Assembly: GCA_963737265.1 (NCBI GenBank)
Contig: CAVTRY010000013.1
Span: 448,001-512,000, forward strand
Length of the DNA: 64,000 bases
Direction: 5' to 3'
DNA from: an uncultured delta proteobacterium
GTDB taxonomy: Bacteria; Myxococcota_A; Polyangia; Fen-1088
Position numbers and translations under genes: made by a program. This document shows, piece by piece, positions 41,369-52,235 of this stretch; the stretch's first letter is position 1, and every line of letters starts with the position of its first letter. A model generated the notes under the pieces. The model worked only from the letters and a program-made list of their open reading frames with translations, was not told the DNA's origin and did not search any database.

Positions 41369-43267
41369 TTAGTCCGCCTCCCGCGCCGCTGCATCCGATC
41401 GGCAATAGGCCCGCCAGCCGCCAAACAGGGAGATGTCACGGGCGTGAAGGACAGCGTGGTTCTCGCAGAGAAAGCCGTGGACGCATTCCCCGTTGTTGAG
41501 CTCGATGCTGCCGATACAGAGGGGCGGGGGAACACCGGCAACGAACGAGCCGAAGGCTTTCGCCGACAGTTCCCAAATCTCCAGTTCCACTGCCGAGCCT
41601 GCGCCACCATCACCGCGCACCAGCCCGGGCTTGGCCGGTCTGGTGTCAAGCGCAAACAGGCGATAGTGCGGCGCGGTCCGTGCCGTCTTCACCAAGGTTG
41701 CTCCGAGTTCGGTCAGCTGATAATTGAGCGGCTCGCCCGAAAGATGCGCCCCCACCACCGCCAAACAGACGCCCTTTTCCAGGGTCGGTGAGAAACGTAC
41801 TTGTTTAGGGCTTGACCAAGGTCGCGCCGAAGCGCCCACCTTGCGGCTACTGGCAGCGTGATAGCGCGCGCCTAGAGTCATCACTTTGGCATCGTGTCCC
41901 CGAGGCGCCACCAGGGTGATGCCGAAAGGCAAATGGTCGGCGCGAAAGCCGGCCGGCACCGCCACTGCGCACAGATCGAGCAGGTTCACAAAATTCGTGT
42001 AGATACCCAAGTTGGAATTTAGGCGAAGGGGGTCGGCCTGGACTTGTGCAATCGTGTAGAGCGTCGGCGCGGTGGGCGTGACCAAGACATCGATATCCCG
42101 CCAAAGGGGCCGAGTAACTTGATGGATGGCGCCGAGGCGCTCTTGGGCGCGAAATAGCGCTTCGGCATCGAACCGCTCGGCTGCGCTCAGAATCTCCAAA
42201 ACCACGGAGTCAAGTGCCTCGGGGGTCGACCGAAGAATCTTGCCCGCGGCGGCCAACCGCTCGGCGACCCACGGGCCGCCGTAGAGCAACCGAGCGGCTT
42301 CACGGAAGGGCGCAAAGTCGATCGCTACTGGCTGTCCACCAAGCGCGCGCAACGTGTCCACGGACCTCGCGAAAGCAGATGCAGATGCCTCGTCGCCGAA
42401 GAACTCCAAGTCGGCGGCGCGGGGTAAGCCGAAACGGAATGAACTGGGCGGAAACGGAGGCGCATCGCCACCCATGTCTTCCCATGAACGGGCAAAGGGA
42501 TCGCTTGGATCGAAGTGACACGCGACCGAGAAGACCCGCCATGCGTCCGCGCAAGATAGGGCGAAGACCGAGACGCAATCGAGCGAGCGGCACGCGGGAA
42601 CGACGCCCGTGGTGCTGATGAGACCGCGGCTCGGTTTCAGGCCGACGATGTTGTTGAAGGCGGCAGGCACGCGGCCGGAGCCGGCCGTATCCGTTCCAAG
42701 GGCGAAGGCGGCCATGCCGGTGGCCACCGCCACCGCCGAGCCCGAGCTGGAGCCGCCCGAAATATAGCGATGGTCGAACGGATTGCGGGGAACACCATAA
42801 GGTGACCGAACTCCAACCAGTCCGGTGGCGAACTGGTCGAGGTTGGTTTTTCCGACGACGATGGCCCCCGCGTTTGTCAGACGCTCGACAACGACGGCGG
42901 ATCGCTCGGGCGTATAGGCGAAGGCTGGACAAGCTGCCGTGGTGGGTACCCCCGCCACGTCAATGTTGTCCTTCACTGCAAAGGGCAGTCCGTAGAGGGG
43001 GAGGTCGGCTCCGGCGGCGCGTTGCTGTTGGAGACCGGCGAGGCGCTTTAGAAGGTCGTCCTTTGGAACCCGGTAGATCCATACGCCCGCGGCGTCCTCC
43101 GCAGATCCTCGCTCGTACGTTTCGGACAGTAGGTCCGCCGGCTGGAGCTCGCCGGAGCGGTAACCGGCCTCGACTGACGCAAAATCCCGACTGCCTGAGT
43201 CCTGGATGGGCGTGTGCGCAGACATGTGTGCAAAGGCATCATGACCGAGACCCCCTAGCTCGGACAA
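41369..43267 (-). CDS. atzF: Allophanate hydrolase
   Basis: Amidase signature FAVKDNID, GKTNLDQFATGLVG, GGSSSGS, GTDTAGSGRVPA, plus the C-terminal VVGAHLSG domain; start may be ~43225. Confidence 0.95.
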   Translation of the reverse strand: MSELGGLGHDAFAHMSAHTPIQDSGSRDFASVEAGYRSGELQPADLLSETYERGSAEDAAGVWIYRVPKDDLLKRLAGLQQQRAAGADLPLYGLPFAVKDNIDVAGVPTTAACPAFAYTPERSAVVVERLTNAGAIVVGKTNLDQFATGLVGVRSPYGVPRNPFDHRYISGGSSSGSAVAVATGMAAFALGTDTAGSGRVPAAFNNIVGLKPSRGLISTTGVVPACRSLDCVSVFALSCADAWRVFSVACHFDPSDPFARSWEDMGGDAPPFPPSSFRFGLPRAADLEFFGDEASASAFARSVDTLRALGGQPVAIDFAPFREAARLLYGGPWVAERLAAAGKILRSTPEALDSVVLEILSAAERFDAEALFRAQERLGAIHQVTRPLWRDIDVLVTPTAPTLYTIAQVQADPLRLNSNLGIYTNFVNLLDLCAVAVPAGFRADHLPFGITLVAPRGHDAKVMTLGARYHAASSRKVGASARPWSSPKQVRFSPTLEKGVCLAVVGAHLSGEPLNYQLTELGATLVKTARTAPHYRLFALDTRPAKPGLVRGDGGAGSAVELEIWELSAKAFGSFVAGVPPPLCIGSIELNNGECVHGFLCENHAVLHARDISLFGGWRAYCRSDAAAREAD

Positions 43268-43392
43268 TGGCGTCCGGCGTTACCCTGGCATCATTTACGA
43301 CAAATTTCGTCCTTGGAAAAATGGAGGAAACAATGCGCGTTCTATAAACGAGGGGGAAGGAGAACCATGCGGACAGCGAAAAAGAGTGCCGG

Positions 43393-44094
43393 ATGAATAC
43401 ACGTTACGTCGCGGCAGATCCATATCGCTGGCCGTGGAATGGCGATCTCCGGCAGGAGAACACTGCCTTGGTCGTGATCGACATGCAGGCAGACTTCTGC
43501 GGTAAGGGTGGCTACATCGATCTGCTCGGGTACGATATTTCGCTGACCCGCGCATGCATCGAGCCCATTTCACGGGTCTTGACGTGGATGCGACGGAATC
43601 GATTTTCCATTCTGCATACGCGGGAAGGTCACCGCGCCGATCTCTCCGACCTCCCGGCCAACAAGCGTTGGCGCTCGCGCCAAACACCTGGCGGAGGCGG
43701 CGCGGGGATCGGCGATCCCGGTCCGTGTGGGCGGGTGCTCGTGCGAGGCGAACCCGGCTGGGACATCATCCCCGACCTCTATCCCGTAGCCGGGGAGACC
43801 ATCATCGACAAACCGGGCAAGGGGTCGTTTTGCGCCACGGATCTGGATCTCATTCTCCGCCAGCGCGGCATCAGCAACCTCGTCCTCACCGGTATTACCA
43901 CCGACGTGTGCGTGCACACCACGATGAGGGAAGCGAATGATCGCGGCTATGAATGTCTGCTGCTGAGCGACTGTTGCGCCGCGACCGATGTCGGCAATCA
44001 CCTGGCGGCGCTGAAGATGGTGAAGATGCAAAACGGCGTCTTTGGGGCGGTCGCTGAGTCGCGCGCCTTGCTTGAGGCGCTGCAGCCCGCATGA
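43393..44094 (+). CDS. biuH: Biuret amidohydrolase
   Basis: ADPYRWPWNG, IDMQADFCGKGGY, LPANKRWRS, KPGKGSFCATD, GITTDVC, KMVKMQ; closely resembles characterised BiuH as recalled. Confidence 0.9.
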   Translation: MNTRYVAADPYRWPWNGDLRQENTALVVIDMQADFCGKGGYIDLLGYDISLTRACIEPISRVLTWMRRNRFSILHTREGHRADLSDLPANKRWRSRQTPGGGGAGIGDPGPCGRVLVRGEPGWDIIPDLYPVAGETIIDKPGKGSFCATDLDLILRQRGISNLVLTGITTDVCVHTTMREANDRGYECLLLSDCCAATDVGNHLAALKMVKMQNGVFGAVAESRALLEALQPA

Positions 44095-44450
44095 GCGAAG
44101 GTCAGATTGTCCTTGCAGACCTTTCGCAACGAGTTCTCGATCCCGATTTCGAGTGGACGGCGTTTCGGCCCGGGGTGGACATCCATCGCCTCTACGGGGA
44201 CGCACAGTCCGGTCCGGCGGCGGCACTCCTCCATTACGAGGCAGGCGCAGCGATTCCCTATCATCGTCACCAGGGCTATGAGCACATCTTCATTCTCCAC
44301 GGAACGCAGGTCGACCATCGAGGTACCCACCGGGCCGGCACGCTGGTCGTCAACTCGCCCGGCACTGGACACGAAGTCCGCAGCCCCGACGGCTGCGTCG
44401 TCCTCGTCATCTGGGAGCGCCGGGTTGACTTCCCCGCCTGCGCTGGCTAA
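44091..44450 (+). CDS. ChrR-like cupin domain protein
   Basis: FRPGVDIHRLY, HRHQGYEHIFILHG, PGTGH metal-binding cupin motif; ATGA overlap with biuH. Confidence 0.85.
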   Translation: MSEGQIVLADLSQRVLDPDFEWTAFRPGVDIHRLYGDAQSGPAAALLHYEAGAAIPYHRHQGYEHIFILHGTQVDHRGTHRAGTLVVNSPGTGHEVRSPDGCVVLVIWERRVDFPACAG

Positions 44451-45312
44451 CGACGGGTCGTGGAAGGCGTCTTTGGCGCTGACCTTTGCCGCCCGCGCGG
44501 CGTGTGAGTACGGTGGGACTTTGCCCGACCTCGAAGAGACTGCACTGATTCGACAATCCCACCATGGCCCGCTCGTCGTGCAGCGACCGTTTTTTCCGGA
44601 AGGCCGCAAGGTTTGTCATGTCTACGTCCTGCACCCGCCGGGAGGGATCGCCGCTGGCGATGCGCTAAGCCTGGATGTGGACGCGCAAGAGCGCGCCCAC
44701 GTGCTTGTCACCGCGCCAGCGGCCACCAAAATCTATCGCAGCGATGGTCGCACATCGCAGCAGGTGCAGACGCTGAGGGCTGCACCCGGTGCGGTGCTCG
44801 AATGGCTGCCCCAGGAGACCATCCTCTTCGATGGCGCACGTACGCGGCTAGAAACTCGGGTGCAATTATCGGGCGATGCCGCGTTCATCGGTTGGGACAT
44901 TCTGTGTTTTGGTCGACCAGCGTGCGGCGAGCGGTTTGGCCGCGGTACTTGCCGGCAGGAGCTGGAAGTGTGGCGCGACGGACGGCCGCTGGTTCTGGAG
45001 CGCACCTGCTATGGGGGCGAGATTCTCGACGCCAGTTGGGGACTACGACGTGCGTCCGTCACCGCGACTTTGCTGGCAGCCGCTCCGACACTGAACCAGT
45101 CGACGGCCGAGACAGTGCTGCGCGAGTTGCGAACGCTGCGCCCGCGCGAAGGAGAGCTTAGCTCGGCTACGTGGGTCAATGGCGTTCTGGTCTTTCGCTA
45201 TTTGGGTAACGGTGTGGAGCAGGCGCGCATCCTATTCGAGAAGGCGTGGTGCCTGCTGCGGCCGGTGGTCGCAGGCCGGCCGGTATGTCTTCCGCGCATC
45301 TGGTCAACCTGA
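44425..45312 (+). CDS. ureD: Urease accessory protein UreD
   Basis: GPLVVQRPFFPEG, LHPPGGIAAGD, ATKIYRS, LEWLPQETI, PRIWST; TTG start inferred. Confidence 0.93.
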   Translation: MTSPPALANDGSWKASLALTFAARAACEYGGTLPDLEETALIRQSHHGPLVVQRPFFPEGRKVCHVYVLHPPGGIAAGDALSLDVDAQERAHVLVTAPAATKIYRSDGRTSQQVQTLRAAPGAVLEWLPQETILFDGARTRLETRVQLSGDAAFIGWDILCFGRPACGERFGRGTCRQELEVWRDGRPLVLERTCYGGEILDASWGLRRASVTATLLAAAPTLNQSTAETVLRELRTLRPREGELSSATWVNGVLVFRYLGNGVEQARILFEKAWCLLRPVVAGRPVCLPRIWST

Positions 45313-45327
45313 AATATCGGAGGTCGA

Positions 45328-45957
45328 ATGGAGCTACTCCCTCGTGAAAAAGACAAACTCCTCCTCTTCACGGCCGCCCTCCTTGCCGAGAGGCGCAGGG
45401 CGCGCGGCCTCAAGCTGAACTATCCGGAAGCGGTGGCCTACATTTCAGCCGCCATCCTGGAAGGCGCGCGCGATGGGCGAAGCGTCGCCGAGTTGATGAC
45501 CTACGGGACAGAAATCCTCGGCCGCGACGACGTCATGGAGGGCGTGGCCGAGTTGATCTCCGAGGTACAGGTGGAAGCCACCTTTCCCGACGGCACCAAG
45601 TTGGTCACAGTTCATCAACCGATTCAGCGATCGAATTTTGTCCCCGGCGAGGTGGTCACCCCATCGGACGATATCGCGATCAACGAGGGCAGGGGTACCG
45701 TGACCGTTGAAGTCGGCAACACCGGCGACCGCCCGGTCCAAGTCGGCTCGCACTACCATTTCTTCGAAACCAATCCCGCGCTGCGCTTCGATCGCGAGAA
45801 AACTCGGGGATTCCGATTAAACATTCCCGCCGGTACCGCGGTTCGCTTCGAACCGGGACAAACCCGCACCGTCGAGCTATGCGCCTACGGCGGAGCGCGG
45901 GTCGTATACGGTTTCCGCGGCGAGGTGATGGGACCGCTCGACAAGGCTGCATTGTGA
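45328..45957 (+). CDS. ureAB: Urease fused gamma-beta subunit
   Basis: [11 protein letters not shown]...[14 protein letters not shown] (gamma) fused to [15 protein letters not shown]...GTAVRFEPG (beta). Confidence 0.96.
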   Translation: MELLPREKDKLLLFTAALLAERRRARGLKLNYPEAVAYISAAILEGARDGRSVAELMTYGTEILGRDDVMEGVAELISEVQVEATFPDGTKLVTVHQPIQRSNFVPGEVVTPSDDIAINEGRGTVTVEVGNTGDRPVQVGSHYHFFETNPALRFDREKTRGFRLNIPAGTAVRFEPGQTRTVELCAYGGARVVYGFRGEVMGPLDKAAL

Positions 45958-47666
45958 GGCGCATCGATCGGCGCGCCTACGCCGAAATGTACGGTCCCAC
46001 GGTGGGTGACCGCATTCGCCTGGGCGACACCGATCTCTTCATCGAGGTCGAGAGCGACCACGCAATTTACGGAGAAGAAGTGAAGTTCGGCGGTGGCAAA
46101 GTGATTCGCGACGGCATGGGACAAAGCCAGCGCTGGGGCGCGGATGTGGCCGATACCGTCATCACCAACGCGGTGATTGTGGATCATTTGGGCATCGTCA
46201 AAGGCGACATCGGCATCAAAGATGGCCGCATCCTTGGTATTGGCAAAGCCGGCAATCCGGATATTCAAGCCGGCGTCACCATCGTCATCGGACCGGGCAC
46301 GGAGATCATTGCCGGCGAAGGACTTCTGGCCACCGCTGGCGGCATCGACTCGCACATCCATTTCATCTGTCCCCAGCAATGCGACGATGCGCTGATGTCG
46401 GGGGTGACCACGATGCTGGGCGGTGGCACCGGGCCCGCCGCCGGCACCAACGCGACCACCTGCACACCAGGACCGTGGAATACCGCACGGATGCTCGAGG
46501 CGGCTGATTCCGTGCCGCTCAACCTAGGATTTCTTGGCAAGGGCAACGCCAGCCAACCGGGTGGCTTGGTCGAACAGATCGAAGCTGGATGCATGGGCCT
46601 CAAACTGCACGAGGACTGGGGCACTACCCCCGCGGCGATCGACAATTGTCTGTCGGTCGCGGACGCGCACGATGTGCAGGTGGCGATCCACACCGATACG
46701 CTCAATGAATCTGGTTTCGTCGAGGACACCGTGGCCGCGTTTCGCGGTCGCGCCATTCACACCTACCACACCGAGGGTGCGGGCGGGGGACATGCGCCGG
46801 ACATCATCAAGGTCTGCGGTGCCCCGAATGTCCTACCATCGTCCACCAACCCGACCCGGCCCTACACCGTGAACACCATCGACGAACACTTGGACATGCT
46901 GATGGTTTGCCACCATCTCGACCCCAGTATTGCCGAGGACGTTGCTTTCGCCGAGTCGCGCATTCGACGCGAGACCATCGCCGCCGAGGACATCCTGCAC
47001 GATCTCGGCGCCTTCAGCATGATGTCCAGCGACTCGCAGGCCATGGGGCGCGTGGGGGAAGTCATCACCCGCACCTGGCAAACCGCGCACAAGATGAAAG
47101 AGCAGCGTGGCCCGTTGCCAGCCGACGGTGCCAGCGGCGGAGGCAATGACAACTTCCGGGTGAAGCGCTACATCGCCAAATACACCATCAATCCGGCCAT
47201 TACCCACGGCATCTCGCACGAGGTTGGCTCGCTCGCGGCGGGTAAGTTGGCCGATATCGTGTTGTGGAAGCCGGCATTTTTCGGCACCAAACCAGCGCTG
47301 ATCATCAAGGGCGGTTTCATCGTCGCCGCGCCCATGGGCGATGCTAATGCCTCTATTCCCACGCCTCAACCGGTCTACTTTCGCCCCATGTTTGGCGCGA
47401 TGGACGGTCCTCGCCAAAGGACCAGTGTGACCTTCGTTTCCGCGGCGGCGCTTGCCGCCGATGTGGGTGCGCGCCTGGGGTTACGCAAGCGCTTGGTCGC
47501 GGTCAAGGGGACGAGGACGATCGGCAAGAGGGATCTTGTCCACAACGACTATCAACCGGTGATTACAGTGGATCCTCAAACCTATGAAGTGCGCGCCGAC
47601 GGGCAACTGCTTCAATGCCCTCCCGCCACGCGATTGCCGCTGGCGCAACGCTATTTTCTGTTTTGA
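45954..47666 (+). CDS. ureC: Urease alpha subunit
   Basis: [50 protein letters not shown]. Confidence 0.98.
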   Translation: MRRIDRRAYAEMYGPTVGDRIRLGDTDLFIEVESDHAIYGEEVKFGGGKVIRDGMGQSQRWGADVADTVITNAVIVDHLGIVKGDIGIKDGRILGIGKAGNPDIQAGVTIVIGPGTEIIAGEGLLATAGGIDSHIHFICPQQCDDALMSGVTTMLGGGTGPAAGTNATTCTPGPWNTARMLEAADSVPLNLGFLGKGNASQPGGLVEQIEAGCMGLKLHEDWGTTPAAIDNCLSVADAHDVQVAIHTDTLNESGFVEDTVAAFRGRAIHTYHTEGAGGGHAPDIIKVCGAPNVLPSSTNPTRPYTVNTIDEHLDMLMVCHHLDPSIAEDVAFAESRIRRETIAAEDILHDLGAFSMMSSDSQAMGRVGEVITRTWQTAHKMKEQRGPLPADGASGGGNDNFRVKRYIAKYTINPAITHGISHEVGSLAAGKLADIVLWKPAFFGTKPALIIKGGFIVAAPMGDANASIPTPQPVYFRPMFGAMDGPRQRTSVTFVSAAALAADVGARLGLRKRLVAVKGTRTIGKRDLVHNDYQPVITVDPQTYEVRADGQLLQCPPATRLPLAQRYFLF

Positions 47667-47681
47667 GGTCGAGCGCAAGAC

Positions 47682-48164
47682 ATGTTTCACCTGCGCGAAA
47701 GGATCGGCGAAAACCCGCCGAGCAGCAGCACGAATCGATGCGAAGGATTGTTGACGCTATCGTTTGAAGATCGGCGCAAGAGCCGCCTGCGCACGCACTT
47801 GGACGATGGGCGCGAAGTGGCCGTGCTGTTGCCACGAGGAACCATCCTTCGCCATGGCGAGTGCCTGCTCGACGATGAAGAAAACGTGCTCGTGGAGGTG
47901 AGGGCGGCGATGGAAAGATTGTCCGTGGCACGCGCCGCCGACATCCACCTGCTCGCCCGAGCGGCGTACCATCTTGGCAACCGCCACGTACCCATACAAC
48001 TCGGTCCTGATTGGGTCGCCTACCAGCACGATCACGTTCTCGACGGGTTGGTGCGCGAGCTCGGCCTCATAGTGGCGGTGGAGGTGAAAGCGTTCGAGCC
48101 GGAGGCCGGAGGCTATGGCAAGGGCCACGAACCCAGCTACGGCCGTGGCCACCATGAGCACTAG
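47682..48164 (+). CDS. ureE: Urease accessory protein UreE
   Basis: RRKSRLR, AYHLGNRHVP, FEPEAGGY, His-containing tail. Confidence 0.95.
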   Translation: MFHLRERIGENPPSSSTNRCEGLLTLSFEDRRKSRLRTHLDDGREVAVLLPRGTILRHGECLLDDEENVLVEVRAAMERLSVARAADIHLLARAAYHLGNRHVPIQLGPDWVAYQHDHVLDGLVRELGLIVAVEVKAFEPEAGGYGKGHEPSYGRGHHEH

Positions 48165-48870
48165 TCGCGCCGCGAAGCTCTCGACTCTCATGCCCAGCGT
48201 CGCGGGTGTTCCGCTCTTGCGGCTGCTTCAACTGGCCAGCGCCGCGCTACCTATTGGCGCTTTCGCCTACTCGCAAGGGCTCGAACAGGCGATCGCGATG
48301 GCGTGGGTGACGGACGAAGCCTCCGCGCAGGACTGGATTCTGGGCCTGCTGTCCACCGTTCTCGCCGGGTTGGATCTGCCGGTGTTGGCGCGCTTGCACC
48401 AGGCGTTTGCGGCCAACGATAACCCCGCGGTCCATCGCTGGAACGACTTTCTGTGCGCCTCGCGGGGCAGCGCGGAGTTGCGAGCGGAAGACCGCCACTT
48501 GGGAGGTGCGCTGGCCCGTGTGCTCGACGCCGTGGGGACAAGCGGCTTGGGCGACTGGGTGGGCGAGCCGGAGGTTACCCATGTTGCGATGTTTGCCCTG
48601 GGCGCGGTTCGCTGGGACATCCCATTGGCCGCCGCCGCAACCGGGTATGCCTTTGCCTGGACCGAGGCGCAAGTGGGCGCCGCCGTGCGTTTGTGCCCGC
48701 TCGGTCAACAGGCCGCGCAGCGGATTCTTTCCCGCGCCTTACCCAACATCGATGGCGCGGTGGCAGCGGCCCTGGTCCTTCCCGATGACGAAATCGGCGC
48801 CGCGGCGCCTGCCCAAGCCATCGCAAGCGCCCTTCACGAAACGCTCTATTCCCGCCTTTGCCGATCCTGA
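48154..48870 (+). CDS. ureF: Urease accessory protein UreF
   Basis: [13 protein letters not shown]; [12 protein letters not shown]-terminus. Confidence 0.95.
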   Translation: MSTSRAAKLSTLMPSVAGVPLLRLLQLASAALPIGAFAYSQGLEQAIAMAWVTDEASAQDWILGLLSTVLAGLDLPVLARLHQAFAANDNPAVHRWNDFLCASRGSAELRAEDRHLGGALARVLDAVGTSGLGDWVGEPEVTHVAMFALGAVRWDIPLAAAATGYAFAWTEAQVGAAVRLCPLGQQAAQRILSRALPNIDGAVAAALVLPDDEIGAAAPAQAIASALHETLYSRLCRS

Positions 48871-48881
48871 GGAGATCTTAC

Positions 48882-49499
48882 GTGAACGACAAACAACCCC
48901 TGCGCGTTGGTGTGGCCGGTCCGGTTGGCTCGGGCAAGACCGCCTTGGTCGACGCCCTTTGCAAACGGCTACGCGATCGCTTCAACATCGCGGTGGTCAC
49001 CAATGACATCTACACCAAAGAGGACGCCCAATTTCTTGTCCGCAGTGGCGCCTTGCCCGCGGAACGCATCGTGGGCGTCGAGACGGGTGGCTGCCCTCAT
49101 ACCGCCATTCGTGAAGACGCGTCCATCAACCTGGAAGCGATCGACGATCTTATACGGCGGTTCCCGGGGCTGGACGTGGTCTTGGTGGAAAGCGGTGGCG
49201 ATAACTTGGCCGCGACCTTCAGCCCCGAGCTAGCCGACCTTACCCTCTACGTCATCGACGTCGCTGGCGGCGACAAGATCCCGCGCAAAGGCGGACCGGG
49301 GATTACCAAGTCCGATCTCCTGGTGATCAACAAAACCGATCTTGCCCCCCATGTGGGGGCTTCTTTGGACGTCATGGATCGGGATGCGCGCGCCCAACGC
49401 GGCGCCAAGCCATTCTTGTTCACCAGCATCAGACAAGGCGTGGGCGTCGACGAGGTCGTGGATTTCGTGGTTCAACATGGGCTTCTAGAGGTTTCGTAG
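48882..49499 (+). CDS. ureG: Urease accessory GTPase UreG
   Basis: [26 protein letters not shown]. Confidence 0.97.
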   Translation: MNDKQPLRVGVAGPVGSGKTALVDALCKRLRDRFNIAVVTNDIYTKEDAQFLVRSGALPAERIVGVETGGCPHTAIREDASINLEAIDDLIRRFPGLDVVLVESGGDNLAATFSPELADLTLYVIDVAGGDKIPRKGGPGITKSDLLVINKTDLAPHVGASLDVMDRDARAQRGAKPFLFTSIRQGVGVDEVVDFVVQHGLLEVS

Positions 49500-49524
49500 G
49501 CGGTCGCGGAGATTCGCGCCGATT

Positions 49525-51297
49525 TCACCAAACTAGTCGGTAGCCAACGTCGGCGATGGCTCCGGCGGCGTTGCCAACGATGCGATCGCCACTGGTGAGC
49601 TCGTCCAGGTAGACCGCGAGGTAGCGCAGCGAAAAGGCGAGATGACCACGGTGGAGGAGATATCCGGTTTCGACCATCGCCTCGCCAGCGGCGCCGTAGC
49701 CGCGCCCGAATACCGTCGTTTCGTAGGCGTGGATCCGCGCGAACGACATGGCGAAGCCGGCGCCCACCCCAAAACCGAGGAAGGTGCGGTCGACGATGAA
49801 TCGCTGGCGGATCTGGACCAGGACGGGCACCGTCGTCAGCCAGGTCCGGCTGGTGCCGCCCTCGCTTTGTGCCGCGAACCAAGTCTGGAGCAATCCAACC
49901 GACAATCCCAGGCCGAGCCCAGGGTGTCGGGAGCTGCGATAGGCGACGGCATCGACAAACAGCGCTGCGCCGGTCTGGCTGCCGAGGTTCCACAGCGGGC
50001 CGAGGCGTGGAGTCAGCGTGTAGCGCGGCGACAGGGTCGCGGCAGGAAGGTCGGGCCAGGGGAGCTGCGGCCGCTGCCAGACGCCGATGGGAATCCGCCG
50101 TACGGCGTGGGCCGAATCCAGCATGCCTTCGACGCGGACGGCGTCTTGCCGACCGACCGGTTCTGGACTGTGGACGACCACCATGGGCGCGCCGTCCGAG
50201 CTCGCTTTGACCTCGGCCAGCTTGCCGTCGACCAGGACGGATGCGCGAGCAGCGTCGACCGGGTTGCCGAACGCGTCTTCGGCGCCGAGGAAAATCCGCA
50301 GCGACGAGCCGGGTTTGCGGTGCAGTCGCGCGGCCTCCGGGTCGAGGCTTAGTCCCGTGGCTCTGGCGGCAACTAGCGCGATGGTGGTGGCGATGCGGGT
50401 GGTGCTTTGATTCTTGAGCAAGGCCTCGATAGTCAGGGTCTTGACCTTGAGAATGCGGGGCGCACCGACGAGGAAGCGCGCTTCCCCCGGGATGCGACTG
50501 CCGAGGGGTTGAACGCCGATGCCGGGCGCTCGCACGATAATCGCGGATGCGTCGGCGGGGCGACCTGACACCTCGACGGCATAGACGGCGACCTCGGCGG
50601 TGGAGCCCGCGGCCAGGCTTCGAGGCGCGACGAATAGCAGTCGCTGCGAGTACGGCACGCGCAAGTCCAAGACTTGTTCGGTGGCCTTGCCGTAGGGATT
50701 CACCGAGCGTGCGACCCCGAAATCGACGCCCGGTGGAACCACCACCGGGATGTGCACCATGCCGTCGCGAGCGGCGGCCTGCGGGCCAAAGTCGCGATCC
50801 CCGACGCGTATGGTGACTTGGGCGCCCGGATCGGTATGCAAGGCAGGCGTGGCCGCGGCCCGCAAGCGCAGCGTGGTCATTCCGCGAATAGGCCACAGGG
50901 GACTGCTGAACTCGGCGACGACGATGGCGGGCTGAGGAAAGCGGCTGGTGGGGAGGACGTAGCGCGCGACGAAGGTCGTCGGCCCCGTCCGTGTCAGACC
51001 TTCAACCTGGCCCGCGCTGCACAGCACCCGTGGCATGGGCACGGGCGACTCGGGCGAATCCGTCATCTCGATGTGCAGCTCGGTTTGGGCCGTGACCCCG
51101 ATGATTGGAGCGGGATCAGCCAAAGCGAGCGACACGGTTGGCGGGCTATCCCCGGGCGCTGAAGGCGGCGCGGGCGCGTCTGTCTCGGGCTCGGGCGCGC
51201 TGTTTGCGCGTGCGGTGGCGTGCGCACCCAAGACCAACATGGCGCCGAGGAGCGGACTCATCCGCCGCCGGCAGACCCTGCGGCCGCGCCATCTCAT
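49525..51297 (-). CDS. Secreted protein with Ig-like repeats and putative C-terminal beta-barrel
   Basis: Signal-like N-terminus; beta-rich middle; amphipathic strands ending DVGYRLVW. Confidence 0.65.
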   Translation of the reverse strand: MRWRGRRVCRRRMSPLLGAMLVLGAHATARANSAPEPETDAPAPPSAPGDSPPTVSLALADPAPIIGVTAQTELHIEMTDSPESPVPMPRVLCSAGQVEGLTRTGPTTFVARYVLPTSRFPQPAIVVAEFSSPLWPIRGMTTLRLRAAATPALHTDPGAQVTIRVGDRDFGPQAAARDGMVHIPVVVPPGVDFGVARSVNPYGKATEQVLDLRVPYSQRLLFVAPRSLAAGSTAEVAVYAVEVSGRPADASAIIVRAPGIGVQPLGSRIPGEARFLVGAPRILKVKTLTIEALLKNQSTTRIATTIALVAARATGLSLDPEAARLHRKPGSSLRIFLGAEDAFGNPVDAARASVLVDGKLAEVKASSDGAPMVVVHSPEPVGRQDAVRVEGMLDSAHAVRRIPIGVWQRPQLPWPDLPAATLSPRYTLTPRLGPLWNLGSQTGAALFVDAVAYRSSRHPGLGLGLSVGLLQTWFAAQSEGGTSRTWLTTVPVLVQIRQRFIVDRTFLGFGVGAGFAMSFARIHAYETTVFGRGYGAAGEAMVETGYLLHRGHLAFSLRYLAVYLDELTSGDRIVGNAAGAIADVGYRLVW

Positions 51298-52235
51298 GGG
51301 TTCCACAACTCTTGGTCGGAGGCTTCCAGCGGCGGCGGAGGTGCTGGTCGTGTGACGATTTTGTCGACAATCTTGCTATGTCCGACAATATCCTGCGCGT
51401 CGACCTGAACGCGGTTAGGGCCGATCTTGAGCGGAATAGTGCTCTGAAAGGTGCCGTCCGGACCGACCTCGGTTTCGACGCCATTGACATTCACCGTCGA
51501 CGAAGGCTGAGCCTTGCCTTTGACCTTCGCATGGCTGCCCACGCGGTCGTCTTCCGGCCAAATCACGGACAGCAAGAGCTGCTCGGGAATCGTTTCCGGA
51601 TCGCCAGGGGCTTGGTCCGGCAGCGCGGTGCTCACGCTGCCGCCGGGCACGATCACCTCTTTGCTGCTGCCGGAAAATCTTGCCGCGCCTTCCGACGTCG
51701 CCACACTGACCTTGCCCGTCGGGGACATGGATACGACGAAGCGCGCGGGTCCGACGTTGGAGGTCTTGGTGTGGCGGGCGGTGATTTCGACGTGTTCGTT
51801 GGCGCCAGCAACGCTGGCCGATAGTCTGCCGCCGCGAAGCAGTCCCACGCTGGCGGTTTCCTTTTCCAAGTCGTCGAGCCGAAGGTCCATGTTGTCGCGC
51901 AGCTCGATTTCGACGCTTCCTCTCCGCAGCACGGCGCGCGCGCCGCTTTTGGTGCGGATGACGTCCTTGGCGGAAAGCAGGTGACCGGCGCGTACGATGT
52001 ACCATTGGCCGTTCTGGTAGGCCTCGGCTTCGCCTTGCAACTTGGTAACGCGAAAGAGCTTGGATTCGCCCTCCGGGGTGAGCGACGCCACCGGGGACAG
52101 GCCAGCCGGCATCTCGGGCCGGCGCTGCTCGAAAAACCGGCGCGACATCAGGGATGCAATCACGAGTACCGCGACGACGAGCCCCAGCACGGCAAGCTGG
52201 AACAGGAGTGCCTTGCGGCGATTGTCGCGGGTCAT
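51294..52235 (-). CDS. Membrane-anchored FecR-like protein with C-terminal Ig-like domain
   Basis: N-terminal TM; GHLLSAKDVIRTKSGARAVL FecR-like start; VNVNG...GPNRVQVDAQDIVG Ig-like end. Confidence 0.7.
   Translation of the reverse strand: MTRDNRRKALLFQLAVLGLVVAVLVIASLMSRRFFEQRRPEMPAGLSPVASLTPEGESKLFRVTKLQGEAEAYQNGQWYIVRAGHLLSAKDVIRTKSGARAVLRRGSVEIELRDNMDLRLDDLEKETASVGLLRGGRLSASVAGANEHVEITARHTKTSNVGPARFVVSMSPTGKVSVATSEGAARFSGSSKEVIVPGGSVSTALPDQAPGDPETIPEQLLLSVIWPEDDRVGSHAKVKGKAQPSSTVNVNGVETEVGPDGTFQSTIPLKIGPNRVQVDAQDIVGHSKIVDKIVTRPAPPPPLEASDQELWNP

Noticed and set aside
43270-43392. Guanidine riboswitch or sigma54 promoter in the atzF/biuH divergent region
   Set aside because: No ykkC or mini-ykkC consensus and no GG-N10-GC match recognised; no urea/guanidine carboxylase in the cluster.
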